Assembly (NCBI GenBank): GCA_001604215.1 | Contig: LVAX01000072.1 | Coordinates: forward strand, 62,913 to 86,912 | Length of the DNA: 24,000 nucleotides | Direction: 5' to 3' | Source: Clostridiales bacterium Firm_18 | GTDB taxonomy: Bacteria; Bacillota; Clostridia; Monoglobales; Firm-18 | Shown here: piece after piece, positions 11,847 through 20,790 of the stretch | Layout: each line of letters starts with the position of its first letter | Position numbering within the stretch: the stretch's first letter is position 1 | The notes under the pieces: model-generated | Databases searched by the model: none | Told to the model about the DNA's origin: nothing | Seen by the model: only the letters and a program-made list of their open reading frames with translations | Translations under genes and position numbers: made by a program

Positions 11847-11898
11847 ATATTAGATTGCGCAAAATTAAAAATATTAGATTGCGCAAAATTAAAAATAT
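11847..11898. repeat. 24-bp tandem direct repeat, about 2.2 copies, unit ATTAGATTGCGCAAAATTAAAAAT
   Basis: Perfect copies at 11849-11872 and 11873-11896; period 24 extends 2 nt on each side. Each unit contains the palindrome TTGCGCAA (11855-11862, 11879-11886). Confidence 0.95.
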
Positions 11899-11900
11899 AA

Positions 11901-11929
11901 TTGCATTTTGTCATATTGTGGTATATAAT
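11901..11929 (+). promoter_or_regulatory. Sigma-A type promoter for the PBECR-like ORF: TTGCAT-17-TATAAT
   Basis: TTGCAT 11901-11906, TATAAT 11924-11929, 17-nt spacer; SD-like GGTGGAG then TTG start at 11965. Confidence 0.65.
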
Positions 11930-11964
11930 ATAGAAGTTGAATTTGCGGTGGAGTGTGATTTAGT

Positions 11965-12345
11965 TTGAGCAAGTCCAAAGGGGATAATATATTTGTTGTT
12001 GCGAAGTATAGACCTGAAATAAATCAAATATTAAATATTGATTTACCATGCTCAGACGTATATCAATCACATGGATTGGAAATACATATGCGCAAACGAA
12101 AGCACTTTAAATGTATTCCTTATTTAAAAAATATTTCTGAGATTATTGAAAATCCGGATTATGTGGGATTAAATCCTTCGGAAAAAAACAGTGTGGAATT
12201 GGTTAAAGCATATGATATAAATATATTAGTTGCGGTGAAGCTTGATATAAAAAATGATTATTTGTATGTTGCTTCAATGTACAGTCTTAGTAAAAGCAAG
12301 TTAGAGCGCAGAATAAAAGGTAAACGATTAAAAAAGTTTAAGTAA
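11965..12345 (+). CDS. Small stand-alone BECR-fold nuclease-like protein, resembling PBECR3 (phage Barnase-EndoU-ColicinE5/D-RelE-like) domain
   Basis: 126 aa: '...SHGLEIHMRKRKHFKCIPYLKNISEIIENPDYVGLNPSEKNSVELVKAYDINILVAVKLDIKNDYLYVASMYSLSKSKLERRIKGKRLKKF'. The pattern (GLxxHxxKR, YLxxIxxIIxNPDYxGxNP, NILVAVKLD..YLYVASMYSLSxSKLxRR) matches recalled PBECR family members; not checked by search. Confidence 0.65.
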   Translation: MSKSKGDNIFVVAKYRPEINQILNIDLPCSDVYQSHGLEIHMRKRKHFKCIPYLKNISEIIENPDYVGLNPSEKNSVELVKAYDINILVAVKLDIKNDYLYVASMYSLSKSKLERRIKGKRLKKFK

Positions 12346-12349
12346 AGTA

Positions 12350-12378
12350 TTGACATTTATATGCTATGAGTGTATAAT
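12350..12378 (+). promoter_or_regulatory. Consensus sigma-A promoter TTGACA-17-TATAAT driving the small RNA
   Basis: TTGACA 12350-12355, TATAAT 12373-12378, exact consensus hexamers with 17-nt spacer. Confidence 0.85.
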
Positions 12379-12384
12379 ATAATA

Positions 12385-12540
12385 GTAATAGGATATAGTA
12401 TTAGCGGATTGTTGAGGTTCGGAAATGGTTCCCGACGCACTTAACTGAATGTTAAGTACCTGAGATGCAGGATACACCGCCCTGCCAACAATCCATGATT
12501 AAATTAAGGACACCTCAATAATATGGGGTGTCTTTTTTTT
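12385..12540 (+). ncRNA. Unassigned structured small RNA (about 155 nt including terminator)
   Basis: Consensus promoter upstream and intrinsic terminator downstream, no plausible ORF. Closing stem GGATTGTTG (12406-12414) with CAACAATCC (12486-12494); hairpin ACTTAAC-TGAAT-GTTAAGT (12439-12457); hairpin GCAGG-ATACACCGC-CCTGC (12467-12485); possible small stem GGAA/TTCC (12421-12432). Confidence 0.7.
12509..12540 (+). terminator. Rho-independent terminator of the small RNA
   Basis: GACACCTC (12509-12516) / GGGGTGTC (12525-12532), followed by 8 T (12533-12540). Confidence 0.93.
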
Positions 12541-12618
12541 AAAAGCACTCTATGCCTTTTAAAGGAAACTGGTATTATATATTGCAATATATAAATACAA
12601 ATTTTTTATGCAAATATA

Positions 12619-12647
12619 TTGAAAATTAAAATTATATTATGTATAAT
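12619..12647 (+). promoter_or_regulatory. Promoter for uvrBA: TTGAAA-17-TATAAT
   Basis: TTGAAA 12619-12624, TATAAT 12642-12647, 17-nt spacer, uvrB start at 12701. Confidence 0.6.
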
Positions 12648-12700
12648 AAAACAATGGTCGAATAAAAAACGTGAATTTTTACGGGAACGGAAGATGGTGC

Positions 12701-14662
12701 ATGGACTTTAAGGTAGTATCCGAGTACAAACCCAAGGGCGACCAGCCCAAAGCAATAGAAATGCTTTCAAACGGACTGAATGCGGGAAAAAGGGCACAGA
12801 CACTGCTTGGGGTAACCGGAAGCGGAAAGACCTTTACAATTGCAAATGTTATAGAGCGTGTGCAAAAGCCCACTCTTGTTTTGGCACATAACAAGACGCT
12901 TGCGGCACAGCTTTGCAGCGAATTTAAAGAATTTTTTCCGCATAATGCGGTTGAGTATTTTGTCAGCTATTATGACTACTACCAGCCGGAGGCTTATATA
13001 CCCTCCTCCGACACATATATCGAAAAGGACTCGTCCATTAACGATGAAATAGACAAGCTTCGCCATTCCGCTACTTTTTCTCTTTTTGAAAGAAGAGACG
13101 TTATAATAGTCGCAAGCGTAAGCTGTATTTACGGGCTCGGTGATCCGGACGATTATAAAAACCTTGTTATTTCTCTGCGCAGCGGCAATGTGTATGACAG
13201 GGACGAAGTGCTGAGAAAGCTTATAGAAATCCAGTATGAAAGAAACGATATTAATTTTACAAGGGGAAAATTTCGTGTCAGGGGCGATGTTGTGGAAATT
13301 TTCCCCGCTAACCAGTCGGAAAGGGCTGTGAGAGTTGAATTTTTCGGGGACGAGGTTGACCGTATAACGGAGATAGATACCGTAACGGGAGAAATAATAG
13401 GAATAAGAAATCACGTTGCAATATATCCGAGTTCCCATTATGTAACAACCAAGGACAAGATGAAAAGGGCAATAGAAGAAATAAAAAAGGAGCTTGAGGA
13501 GCGTGAGAAATATTTTAGCAGCAGGGGAATGCTTATTGAGGCTCAAAGGATAAAGGAACGCACCAACTATGATATTGAGATGCTTGAGGAAACCGGCTTT
13601 TGCCAGGGCATAGAAAACTACTCGAGAATAATAAGCGGACGTGCTCCGGGAAGCGCACCATATACGCTTATGGATTATTTCCCGGATGATTATTTGCTGG
13701 TAATAGACGAATCACATGTAACGGTACCGCAGGTTCGTGCCATGTACAACGGTGACAGGGCAAGAAAAGACAATCTTGTAAGCTATGGCTTTCGTTTGCC
13801 CTCCGCATACGATAACCGTCCGCTTAATTTTAAAGAATTTGAGGAAAGAATCAACCAGGTGATATTTGTAAGCGCAACCCCCGCCGATTATGAAAAAAGC
13901 AATTCCGCCCAGATTGTGGAACAGGTAATACGGCCTACCGGTCTTGTCGACCCTGCTGTGATTGTTCGCCCCGTTAAAGGGCAGATTGACGATTTGTACG
14001 GTGAAATTATGCACACCGTTGAACGGGGAGAACGTGTTTTGATTACAACACTTACTAAAAAAATGGCGGAGGATTTAACCGATTATTTTGAGCAAATGGG
14101 TGTAAAGGTCAGATACTTGCATTCGGATATTGATACGATAGAACGCATGGAAATAATACGGGATTTAAGGCTGGGCGTATTTGACGTACTTATAGGTATT
14201 AATTTGTTAAGAGAAGGTTTGGACTTGCCCGAGGTATCGCTTGTTGCTATACTCGATGCCGACAAGGAAGGGTTTTTGCGCAGCGAAACCTCGCTTATTC
14301 AAACAATCGGAAGAGCGGCTCGCAACAGAGAGGGCAAGGTTGTTATGTATGCAGATACTATAACGCCAAGCATGGAGCGTGCAATCGAAGAAACGAACAG
14401 GCGCAGGCAGCTTCAAATCAGTTATAACGAGAAGCACGGAATTACTCCGAAATCCATAACAAAATCGGTGCGTGATATTATAGAAGCAACCAAACAGGAA
14501 AAGGAAGAAAAGAAGAAAGCCGAAAAGGCTTTAAATATTGCTGAAGAAATTGAAAAGCTTACCGATGAAATGCGGCTTGCCGCGTATGATTTAAGATTTG
14601 AGCAGGCTGCCCGTTTAAGGGACAGAATAAGAGAACTTGAAAAGGAGCTCGGCAATGGATAA
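12701..14662 (+). CDS. uvrB: Excinuclease ABC subunit B
   Basis: '[51 protein letters not shown]', '[33 protein letters not shown]', '[30 protein letters not shown]', C-terminal UVR motif. Confidence 0.98.
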   Translation: MDFKVVSEYKPKGDQPKAIEMLSNGLNAGKRAQTLLGVTGSGKTFTIANVIERVQKPTLVLAHNKTLAAQLCSEFKEFFPHNAVEYFVSYYDYYQPEAYIPSSDTYIEKDSSINDEIDKLRHSATFSLFERRDVIIVASVSCIYGLGDPDDYKNLVISLRSGNVYDRDEVLRKLIEIQYERNDINFTRGKFRVRGDVVEIFPANQSERAVRVEFFGDEVDRITEIDTVTGEIIGIRNHVAIYPSSHYVTTKDKMKRAIEEIKKELEEREKYFSSRGMLIEAQRIKERTNYDIEMLEETGFCQGIENYSRIISGRAPGSAPYTLMDYFPDDYLLVIDESHVTVPQVRAMYNGDRARKDNLVSYGFRLPSAYDNRPLNFKEFEERINQVIFVSATPADYEKSNSAQIVEQVIRPTGLVDPAVIVRPVKGQIDDLYGEIMHTVERGERVLITTLTKKMAEDLTDYFEQMGVKVRYLHSDIDTIERMEIIRDLRLGVFDVLIGINLLREGLDLPEVSLVAILDADKEGFLRSETSLIQTIGRAARNREGKVVMYADTITPSMERAIEETNRRRQLQISYNEKHGITPKSITKSVRDIIEATKQEKEEKKKAEKALNIAEEIEKLTDEMRLAAYDLRFEQAARLRDRIRELEKELGNG

Positions 14663-17486
14663 GATAATAATCAAGGGAGCAAGAGAGCATAATTTAAAAA
14701 ATATAGATGTTGTAATACCCCGGGATAAGCTGGTGGTAATAACCGGACTTAGCGGTTCGGGCAAATCGTCCCTTGCTTTTGACACAATTTATGCGGAGGG
14801 GCAAAGACGTTATATCGAATCGCTTTCCTCTTATGCGCGTATGTTTTTGGGAAGAATGGACAAGCCGGATGTGGACTACATCGAAGGCTTGTCCCCCGCC
14901 ATTTCTATTGACCAAAAGACAACAAGCAAAAACCCGCGTTCAACCGTCGGTACCGTTACCGAAATATATGACTATTTAAGGCTGCTGTACGCCCGCATAG
15001 GCATACCTCACTGCCCAAACTGCGGCAGGGAAATAAAACAGCAAACCATTGACCAAATTACAGACAGTATTATGCGCCTTAAGGAGGGTACAAGAATTCA
15101 AATTTTGTCCCCTGTTGTAAGAGGGAAAAAAGGGGAGCATGCAAAGGTTTTTGAGGATGCCAAAAAAAGCGGATTTGTGCGGCTGCGTGTTGACGGGAAT
15201 ATATACGATGTGTCGGAGGATATCAAGCTTGAAAAGACAAAAAAGCACAACATAGAAATTATCGTTGACAGGCTTATAGTTAAAGACGGCATAAATGCCC
15301 GCCTTACCGATTCGCTGGAAACCGCAATGCGGCAAGCTGGTGGACTTGTAATAGCGGAACTTGTGGAAAAGGGTGAAGAGCTTGTTTTCAGCCAGGAATA
15401 TGCCTGCCATGAATGCGGAATAAGTGTTGAAGAGCTTAGCCCGCGTATGTTTTCCTTTAACAGCCCGTTCGGAGCATGCCCCACATGTACCGGGCTTGGC
15501 TTTCAAATGAAGGTTGATGTGGATCTTGTAATTCCGAACAAAAACAAATCCTTAAATGAAGGGGCAATTAACGTAAGCGGCTGGAACAGCGCAGCAAAGG
15601 ACAGCATGTGCGCAATGTATTTTAAAGGGCTATCGGAGCATTACGGCTTCGGCCTTGATACGCCAGTGAAGGATTTGCCCGAAGAAGCCTTGAACGCACT
15701 GCTTTTCGGTACGGGAGGAAAAAAGATAAAATTCCTTTTCGAACGTTCATACGGAAACGGCTCATACCTTTCGGCTTTTGAGGGTGTTATCAATAATCTG
15801 GAGCGACGGTATCGGGAAACCAATTCCGATTGGATGAAAATGGAGATTGAAAGTTATATGACAAGCAATACCTGTCCCGATTGCAACGGGGCAAGGCTTA
15901 AAAAGGAAGTTCTGGCGGTAACGGTCGGTGGAAGGAATATTGACGAAGTTACGCATATGAGTATTTCAAGCGCGGCCGGATTTTTCAGGAACCTTTCGCT
16001 TACCGAAAAAGAAAAAGCAATAGCACACCAGGTACTTAAAGAAATAAACGAGCGTTTAGGTTTTTTGGAAAACGTCGGGCTTAATTATTTAACACTTTCA
16101 CGCCCGGCAGGAACCCTTTCCGGCGGGGAAGCGCAAAGAATCCGGCTTGCAACCCAAATAGGCTCTTCGCTGATGGGTGTGCTTTATATACTTGACGAGC
16201 CGAGTATCGGTCTTCACCAGCGGGATAATTCAAAACTGATTTCGGCGTTGAAGCGGCTGAGAGATTTGGGCAATACACTGATTGTTGTGGAGCATGATGC
16301 GGAAACTATGCATGAGGCAGACCATATAATAGATATCGGTCCTGGCGCCGGTGTAAACGGCGGGAAGATTGTTGCCCAGGGAAGTATTGATGAAATTAAA
16401 AAATGCGATACTTCCGAAACAGGTCTTTATCTGAGCGGGAAAAAGAAAATCGAGATACCCCAAAAAAGAAGGAAAGGCAACGGCAAAAGCTTGAAAGTAA
16501 TTAGGGCGCGTGAGAATAATTTAAAAAACATTGACGTTACTTTGCCTCTCGGAACGTTTGCTTGCGTTACGGGAGTATCGGGCAGCGGCAAATCCTCCCT
16601 TGTAAACGAAATATTGTACAAGCGCCTTGCAAACGAGCTTAACGGTGCAAAAAAGAAAACAGGACGGCATGACGATATAATAGGGATTGACAATCTGGAT
16701 AAGGTTATTAATATTGACCAGTCCCCGATAGGCAGAACCCCCCGTTCAAACCCGGCAACCTATACCGGCCTTTTCGGTGAAATCAGGGATTTGTTTGCTT
16801 CTACCAACGAAGCGAAGATGAGAGGCTACCGGGCCGGCAGGTTCAGCTTTAACGTAAAGGGAGGCAGATGCGAGGCATGCGAGGGTGACGGAATAATTAA
16901 AATCGAAATGCATTTTCTGCCCGATGTTTATGTGCCTTGCGAGGTGTGCAAGGGAAAAAGGTATAACAGGGAAACACTTGAAGTTCATTACAAAGGCAAA
17001 AATATTGATGACGTTCTTAACATGACGGTTGACGAGGGCCTTGAGTTTTTTGAAAACCTGCCGAGAATATACAGAAAGCTCAAAACCCTGCATGAAGTAG
17101 GGCTGGGTTATATAAAGATAGGGCAGCCGTCCACAACCTTGTCGGGCGGGGAAGCACAGCGTGTAAAACTTGCAACCGAGCTTTCAAAGAAAAGTACGGG
17201 CAAAACGGTATATATACTTGACGAACCTACAACCGGCCTTCATGCCGCAGATGTCCACCGTTTGATTGATGTCCTTCAAATGCTGGTTGATGGTGGGAAC
17301 ACGGTTGTGGTAATCGAACATAACCTTGATGTAATAAAGGTTGCGGATTACATTGTCGATTTAGGACCGGAGGGCGGAGACGGAGGAGGCCATGTTGTGG
17401 CAGCCGGAACTCCGGAGCAGGTGGCAAAATGCAGTGCATCTTATACCGGGCGTTATTTGAAGGATTGCCTTGACAACAATAGGTAA
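14655..17486 (+). CDS. uvrA: Excinuclease ABC subunit A
   Basis: '[66 protein letters not shown]', two ABC modules, zinc-finger CxxC pairs; 8-nt overlap with uvrB. Confidence 0.98.
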   Translation: MDKIIIKGAREHNLKNIDVVIPRDKLVVITGLSGSGKSSLAFDTIYAEGQRRYIESLSSYARMFLGRMDKPDVDYIEGLSPAISIDQKTTSKNPRSTVGTVTEIYDYLRLLYARIGIPHCPNCGREIKQQTIDQITDSIMRLKEGTRIQILSPVVRGKKGEHAKVFEDAKKSGFVRLRVDGNIYDVSEDIKLEKTKKHNIEIIVDRLIVKDGINARLTDSLETAMRQAGGLVIAELVEKGEELVFSQEYACHECGISVEELSPRMFSFNSPFGACPTCTGLGFQMKVDVDLVIPNKNKSLNEGAINVSGWNSAAKDSMCAMYFKGLSEHYGFGLDTPVKDLPEEALNALLFGTGGKKIKFLFERSYGNGSYLSAFEGVINNLERRYRETNSDWMKMEIESYMTSNTCPDCNGARLKKEVLAVTVGGRNIDEVTHMSISSAAGFFRNLSLTEKEKAIAHQVLKEINERLGFLENVGLNYLTLSRPAGTLSGGEAQRIRLATQIGSSLMGVLYILDEPSIGLHQRDNSKLISALKRLRDLGNTLIVVEHDAETMHEADHIIDIGPGAGVNGGKIVAQGSIDEIKKCDTSETGLYLSGKKKIEIPQKRRKGNGKSLKVIRARENNLKNIDVTLPLGTFACVTGVSGSGKSSLVNEILYKRLANELNGAKKKTGRHDDIIGIDNLDKVINIDQSPIGRTPRSNPATYTGLFGEIRDLFASTNEAKMRGYRAGRFSFNVKGGRCEACEGDGIIKIEMHFLPDVYVPCEVCKGKRYNRETLEVHYKGKNIDDVLNMTVDEGLEFFENLPRIYRKLKTLHEVGLGYIKIGQPSTTLSGGEAQRVKLATELSKKSTGKTVYILDEPTTGLHAADVHRLIDVLQMLVDGGNTVVVIEHNLDVIKVADYIVDLGPEGGDGGGHVVAAGTPEQVAKCSASYTGRYLKDCLDNNR

Positions 17487-17532
17487 ATATAATAAAATAT
17501 TCATAGTTTTTATGTTAAGGGGATGACTATTT

Positions 17533-18966
17533 TTGGCAGATCAGAAAAAATTTGTTGAAGAAATAACATCAAGAGACGTTGATTTCGCAAAATGGTATAC
17601 GGACATAGTTAAAAAAGCCGAATTAATCGAATATTCAAGTGTAAAGGGCTGCATGGTAATACGCCCGGCCGGTTATGCTATATGGGAGAACATTCAAAAA
17701 AATCTTGACGCGCGTTTTAAGGCGACCGGACATCAAAATGTATATATGCCCATGTTTATTCCCGAGGGGCTGCTGCAAAAGGAAAAGGACCATGTGGAAG
17801 GCTTTGCTCCGGAGGTTGCATGGGTTACTCACGGCGGCGACCAGAAGCTTGCGGAGAGGCTTTGCGTGCGGCCTACCTCCGAAACGCTTTTTTGCGAGCA
17901 TTATGCAAACATTATTCATTCATATCGTGATTTGCCCAAATTATACAATCAATGGTGCAGTGTTGTAAGATGGGAAAAAACTACCCGTCCTTTTTTACGC
18001 TCGCTGGAGTTCTTGTGGCAGGAGGGGCATACGGCACACGCAACCGAGGAGGACGCCCGTGAAGAAACAATAAAAATGCTTAATGTTTACGCCGACTTTT
18101 GCGAAGAAGCCCTTGCGATTCCCGTTATCAAAGGGCAAAAAACCGAAAAGGAAAAGTTTGCCGGAGCGGTTGAAACATACACAATAGAAAGCCTTATGCA
18201 TGACGGCAAAGCTCTTCAATCGGGTACCACGCATTATTTCGGGGACGGCTTTGCCCGGGCATTCGGTATCAGATATTCCGACAAGGACAATAACCTTCAA
18301 TATGTTCATCAAACCTCATGGGGCGTTTCCACCAGGCTTATCGGGGCGATTATCATGGTGCACGGTGATGACAGCGGCCTTGTTTTGCCGCCTGTTATAG
18401 CGCCCGTTCAGGTTGTTGTAATTCCCGTAGCCATGCATAAGGAAGGTGTCCTGGAAAAAGCACGCATAGTTGCATCAAGACTTGACGGTTTGCGCACAGT
18501 ACTGGACGATTCGGACAATTCCCCGGGCTGGAAATTTTCCGAGCATGAGATGAAGGGGGTTCCCCTTCGCATTGAAATAGGGCCTAAGGATATTGAAAAA
18601 AACCAAGCCGTTTTGGTACGGAGGGACACCCGCGAAAAAATATTCGTTTCTCTTGAAAATATTGAAACAGAGGCTTCAAGGCTTCTTGATAAAATACAAA
18701 GCGACATGCTATCACGCGCAAAGGAGATGCTTTTGTCTCACATCTATGATGTGGCTGACTTTGAAGAGCTTTGCAGGCAATCCTCCGAGAAAGCCGGGTT
18801 TTTCAGAGCCATGTGGTGCGGTGACGGCAGGTGTGAAGAAAAAATAAAAGAAGAAGCCGGCCTTTCGTCCAGGTGTATTCCTTTTGAGCAAAAGCAGATT
18901 TCGGATAAATGCATTTGCTGCGGAGCACCGGCCAAAAAGATGGTATATTGGGGAAAAGCATACTGA
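17533..18966 (+). CDS. proS: Prolyl-tRNA synthetase (short, type 3-like)
   Basis: '[38 protein letters not shown]', '[36 protein letters not shown]', '[13 protein letters not shown]', '[30 protein letters not shown]'; TTG start with AAGGGG upstream. Confidence 0.96.
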   Translation: MADQKKFVEEITSRDVDFAKWYTDIVKKAELIEYSSVKGCMVIRPAGYAIWENIQKNLDARFKATGHQNVYMPMFIPEGLLQKEKDHVEGFAPEVAWVTHGGDQKLAERLCVRPTSETLFCEHYANIIHSYRDLPKLYNQWCSVVRWEKTTRPFLRSLEFLWQEGHTAHATEEDAREETIKMLNVYADFCEEALAIPVIKGQKTEKEKFAGAVETYTIESLMHDGKALQSGTTHYFGDGFARAFGIRYSDKDNNLQYVHQTSWGVSTRLIGAIIMVHGDDSGLVLPPVIAPVQVVVIPVAMHKEGVLEKARIVASRLDGLRTVLDDSDNSPGWKFSEHEMKGVPLRIEIGPKDIEKNQAVLVRRDTREKIFVSLENIETEASRLLDKIQSDMLSRAKEMLLSHIYDVADFEELCRQSSEKAGFFRAMWCGDGRCEEKIKEEAGLSSRCIPFEQKQISDKCICCGAPAKKMVYWGKAY

Positions 18967-19661
18967 TGGATTATAAGATACACCGGTTTGACGAGGTAGA
19001 CTCAACAAATTCTTTGCTTAAGAAGGGTAATTACCCTGTCGGCTCGGTTGCCGTTGCAAAAATCCAGACAAAAGGGCGCGGCAGAGGAGGACGAAGTTTC
19101 TCCTCACCGGCGGGCGGACTTTATATGAGCTGTGTTCTCGGCTTTGACAGTGTAGATCAGGCATTATTTGTTCCGATAACCGCCGCCGTGGCCGTAAGGA
19201 ATGTATTATCCCAGTATGTCGAATGCAAAATCAAGTGGCCTAACGATATTGTAACGGACGGCAAAAAGCTGTGCGGCATACTGGCGGAGTCCTACTTAGA
19301 CAAAATTATATTGGGAATAGGGGTAAATGTTAATATCGAGCCGGAATATTTTAAAAGCAACGGCCTTAGTTATGCCACTTCCCTTTACTTACAATCGGGA
19401 AAAAACCATTCCGTAGAAGAGATTATGACGAATATTTTAAATAATTTAAACAGCAAAACAGATAAAGTGGAAATACTAAAGGAATATAAGCAGCACTGCA
19501 TTACCCTCGGCAAAAAAATAAGGGTAATTCAAGGCACCAGAGAATATGACGCAGAGGCTGTTGACTTGACTGAAAACGGAGAGCTTATGGTAAACAGGGA
19601 CGGCAAATTGATTGTAATAAACTCAGGTATTGTATCGGTCAGGGGAAGTGAATATATATGA
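18966..19661 (+). CDS. birA: Biotin--[acetyl-CoA-carboxylase] ligase, catalytic form without N-terminal HTH
   Basis: '[21 protein letters not shown]', 'QTKGRGRGGRSFSSPAGGLYMS', 'VKWPNDIV' variant 'IKWPNDIVTDGKKLCGILAES', 'GIGVNVN'. ATG overlaps the proS TGA (TGATG). Confidence 0.92.
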   Translation: MDYKIHRFDEVDSTNSLLKKGNYPVGSVAVAKIQTKGRGRGGRSFSSPAGGLYMSCVLGFDSVDQALFVPITAAVAVRNVLSQYVECKIKWPNDIVTDGKKLCGILAESYLDKIILGIGVNVNIEPEYFKSNGLSYATSLYLQSGKNHSVEEIMTNILNNLNSKTDKVEILKEYKQHCITLGKKIRVIQGTREYDAEAVDLTENGELMVNRDGKLIVINSGIVSVRGSEYI

Positions 19662-20470
19662 TAAATACAATTAATTTTCCCGGTTTGGGGATATATTTAA
19701 ATATAAAAAGGGTTGCTTTCACGGTGGGCATCAGGGAAATTTATTGGTATGGCATAATAATCGGCATAGGGCTTTTACTTGCTGTTATAGTTGCCAATGC
19801 TTTGGCAAAACGTGAGGGACTGCCGGTGGAGTCTATAACCGATATTGCGCTTATATCCACGCCCGTTTCCATTATCTTTGCAAGGCTTTATTTTGTATTT
19901 TGGAACTGGAAGGATTACAGCGGCAATTTTGCTGATATTATAAACATACGAAAGGGCGGCCTTGCAATTTACGGAGCAATAATCGGCGGGGTTTTAATGT
20001 CGTATATTTATTGCAGGGTAAAGAAAACAGATGTAAAAAAGGTTTTTGACGTTGGTTCTTACGGGCTTTTGACCGGGCAGATAATCGGACGCTGGGGCAA
20101 TTTTGTCAATGCGGAGGCGTACGGAAGCGAAACGTCGCTGCCGTGGCGCATGGAGCTTTACAGCAGTGAGCTTGGAAGGTTTATAAGCGTTCATCCTACT
20201 TTTTTATATGAAAGTCTATGGAATTTAGCGGGCCTTGTGGGCCTTTTGATTTACCGTAAAAGAAAAAAATTTGACGGCGAATTGTTTTTGATATATGTTG
20301 CATGGTATGGAATCGGAAGGTCATGGATTGAACAGCTCAGGGTGGATTCCCTGCCGTATGAGGCAAACTTTAAGGTCTCGCAAATATTTGCAATTATCAC
20401 TGCCGTTTTGGCAATTGCTTTGATAATCTATAAAAGGCTTCTTTGCGGCGGTCAAAAAGAAAAGTCATAA
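19658..20470 (+). CDS. lgt: Prolipoprotein diacylglyceryl transferase
   Basis: 'WYGIIIGIGLLLAVIVA', 'GGLAIYGAIIGGVLMSYIYCR', 'LTGQIIGRWGNFVNAEAYG', 'HPTFLYESLWNL', 'WYGIGRSWIEQLRVDSL'; 4-nt overlap with birA. Confidence 0.96.
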   Translation: MINTINFPGLGIYLNIKRVAFTVGIREIYWYGIIIGIGLLLAVIVANALAKREGLPVESITDIALISTPVSIIFARLYFVFWNWKDYSGNFADIINIRKGGLAIYGAIIGGVLMSYIYCRVKKTDVKKVFDVGSYGLLTGQIIGRWGNFVNAEAYGSETSLPWRMELYSSELGRFISVHPTFLYESLWNLAGLVGLLIYRKRKKFDGELFLIYVAWYGIGRSWIEQLRVDSLPYEANFKVSQIFAIITAVLAIALIIYKRLLCGGQKEKS

Positions 20471-20496
20471 CATCTCGCCCCGCGAGGGAAAGCGAA

Positions 20497-20573
20497 GGTG
20501 GATTCATTCCGCCGGAGCGCGAAATTGCGCGAAAGTCGCGCAATTTCCTATAAGTCAAAAAAAATAATCCACC
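20497..20573. repeat. Compact palindromic intergenic element (REP/MITE-like candidate)
   Basis: Ends GGTGGATT (20497-20504) and AATCCACC (20566-20573) are inverted copies; the interior holds a perfect 12-bp hairpin GAAATTGCGCGA-AAG-TCGCGCAATTTC (20521-20547). Confidence 0.5.
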
Positions 20574-20594
20574 GGATAAAACCGATGGATTATT
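20557..20594 (-). terminator. Rho-independent terminator of the minus-strand tRNA-Gly
   Basis: Inverted repeat AATAATCCACCGG (20563-20575) / CCGATGGATTATT (20582-20594), 12/13 pairs, with 8 A on the plus strand (20557-20564), i.e. a U-tract on the minus strand. Confidence 0.8.
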
Positions 20595-20668
20595 GGAGCG
20601 GAAGACGAGATTCGAACTCGCGACTTTCACCTTGGCAAGGTGACACTCTACCACTGAGTCACTCCCGC
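20594..20668 (-). tRNA. tRNA-Gly (anticodon GCC), CCA encoded
   Basis: Minus strand GCGGGAGTGACTCAGTGGTAGAGTGTCACCTTGCCAAGGTGAAAGTCGCGAGTTCGAATCTCGTCTTCCGCTCCA; 7-bp acceptor stem, GTTCGAATC T-loop. Confidence 0.97.
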
Positions 20669-20682
20669 ATTCTGCACATATA

Positions 20683-20712
20683 ATTATATAATAAATATAT
20701 TTTGTTGTCAAG
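20683..20712 (-). promoter_or_regulatory. Promoter for tRNA-Gly: TTGACA-18-TATAAT
   Basis: Plus strand TGTCAA (20707-20712) and ATTATA (20683-20688). Confidence 0.7.
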
Positions 20713-20715
20713 TAT

Positions 20716-20744
20716 TGTTATAGATAAATATTTATGATAGAATT
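20716..20744 (+). promoter_or_regulatory. Promoter for miaB: TTGTTA-17-TAGAAT
   Basis: TTGTTA 20716-20721, TAGAAT 20739-20744, back-to-back with the tRNA promoter. Confidence 0.45.
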
Positions 20745-20790
20745 ATATAAATATGAAACTAAAAAAAGCACTGGAATGTCCGAGGGATTT

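Noticed and set aside
11847-11898. CRISPR array
   Set aside because: The two copies are directly adjacent with no spacer, so this is a tandem duplication.
12385-12540. T-box, TPP riboswitch or SRP RNA identity for the 12.4 kb RNA
   Set aside because: No T-box AGGGTGGNACCGCG-type motif. The short CTGAGAT similarity to TPP is not accompanied by the rest of its aptamer, and there is no SRP GGAAGCAGCC loop signature.
12540-12700. LexA/SOS box upstream of uvrBA
   Set aside because: I found no CGAACNNNNGTTYG-like site in the intergenic region; only an AT palindrome, reported separately at low interest.
12767-13546. 259-aa minus ORF opposite uvrB
   Set aside because: Antisense shadow ORF of a highly conserved gene; low-complexity aromatic and Cys-rich translation.
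14976-15506. 176-aa minus ORF inside uvrA
   Set aside because: Antisense shadow; no independent evidence.
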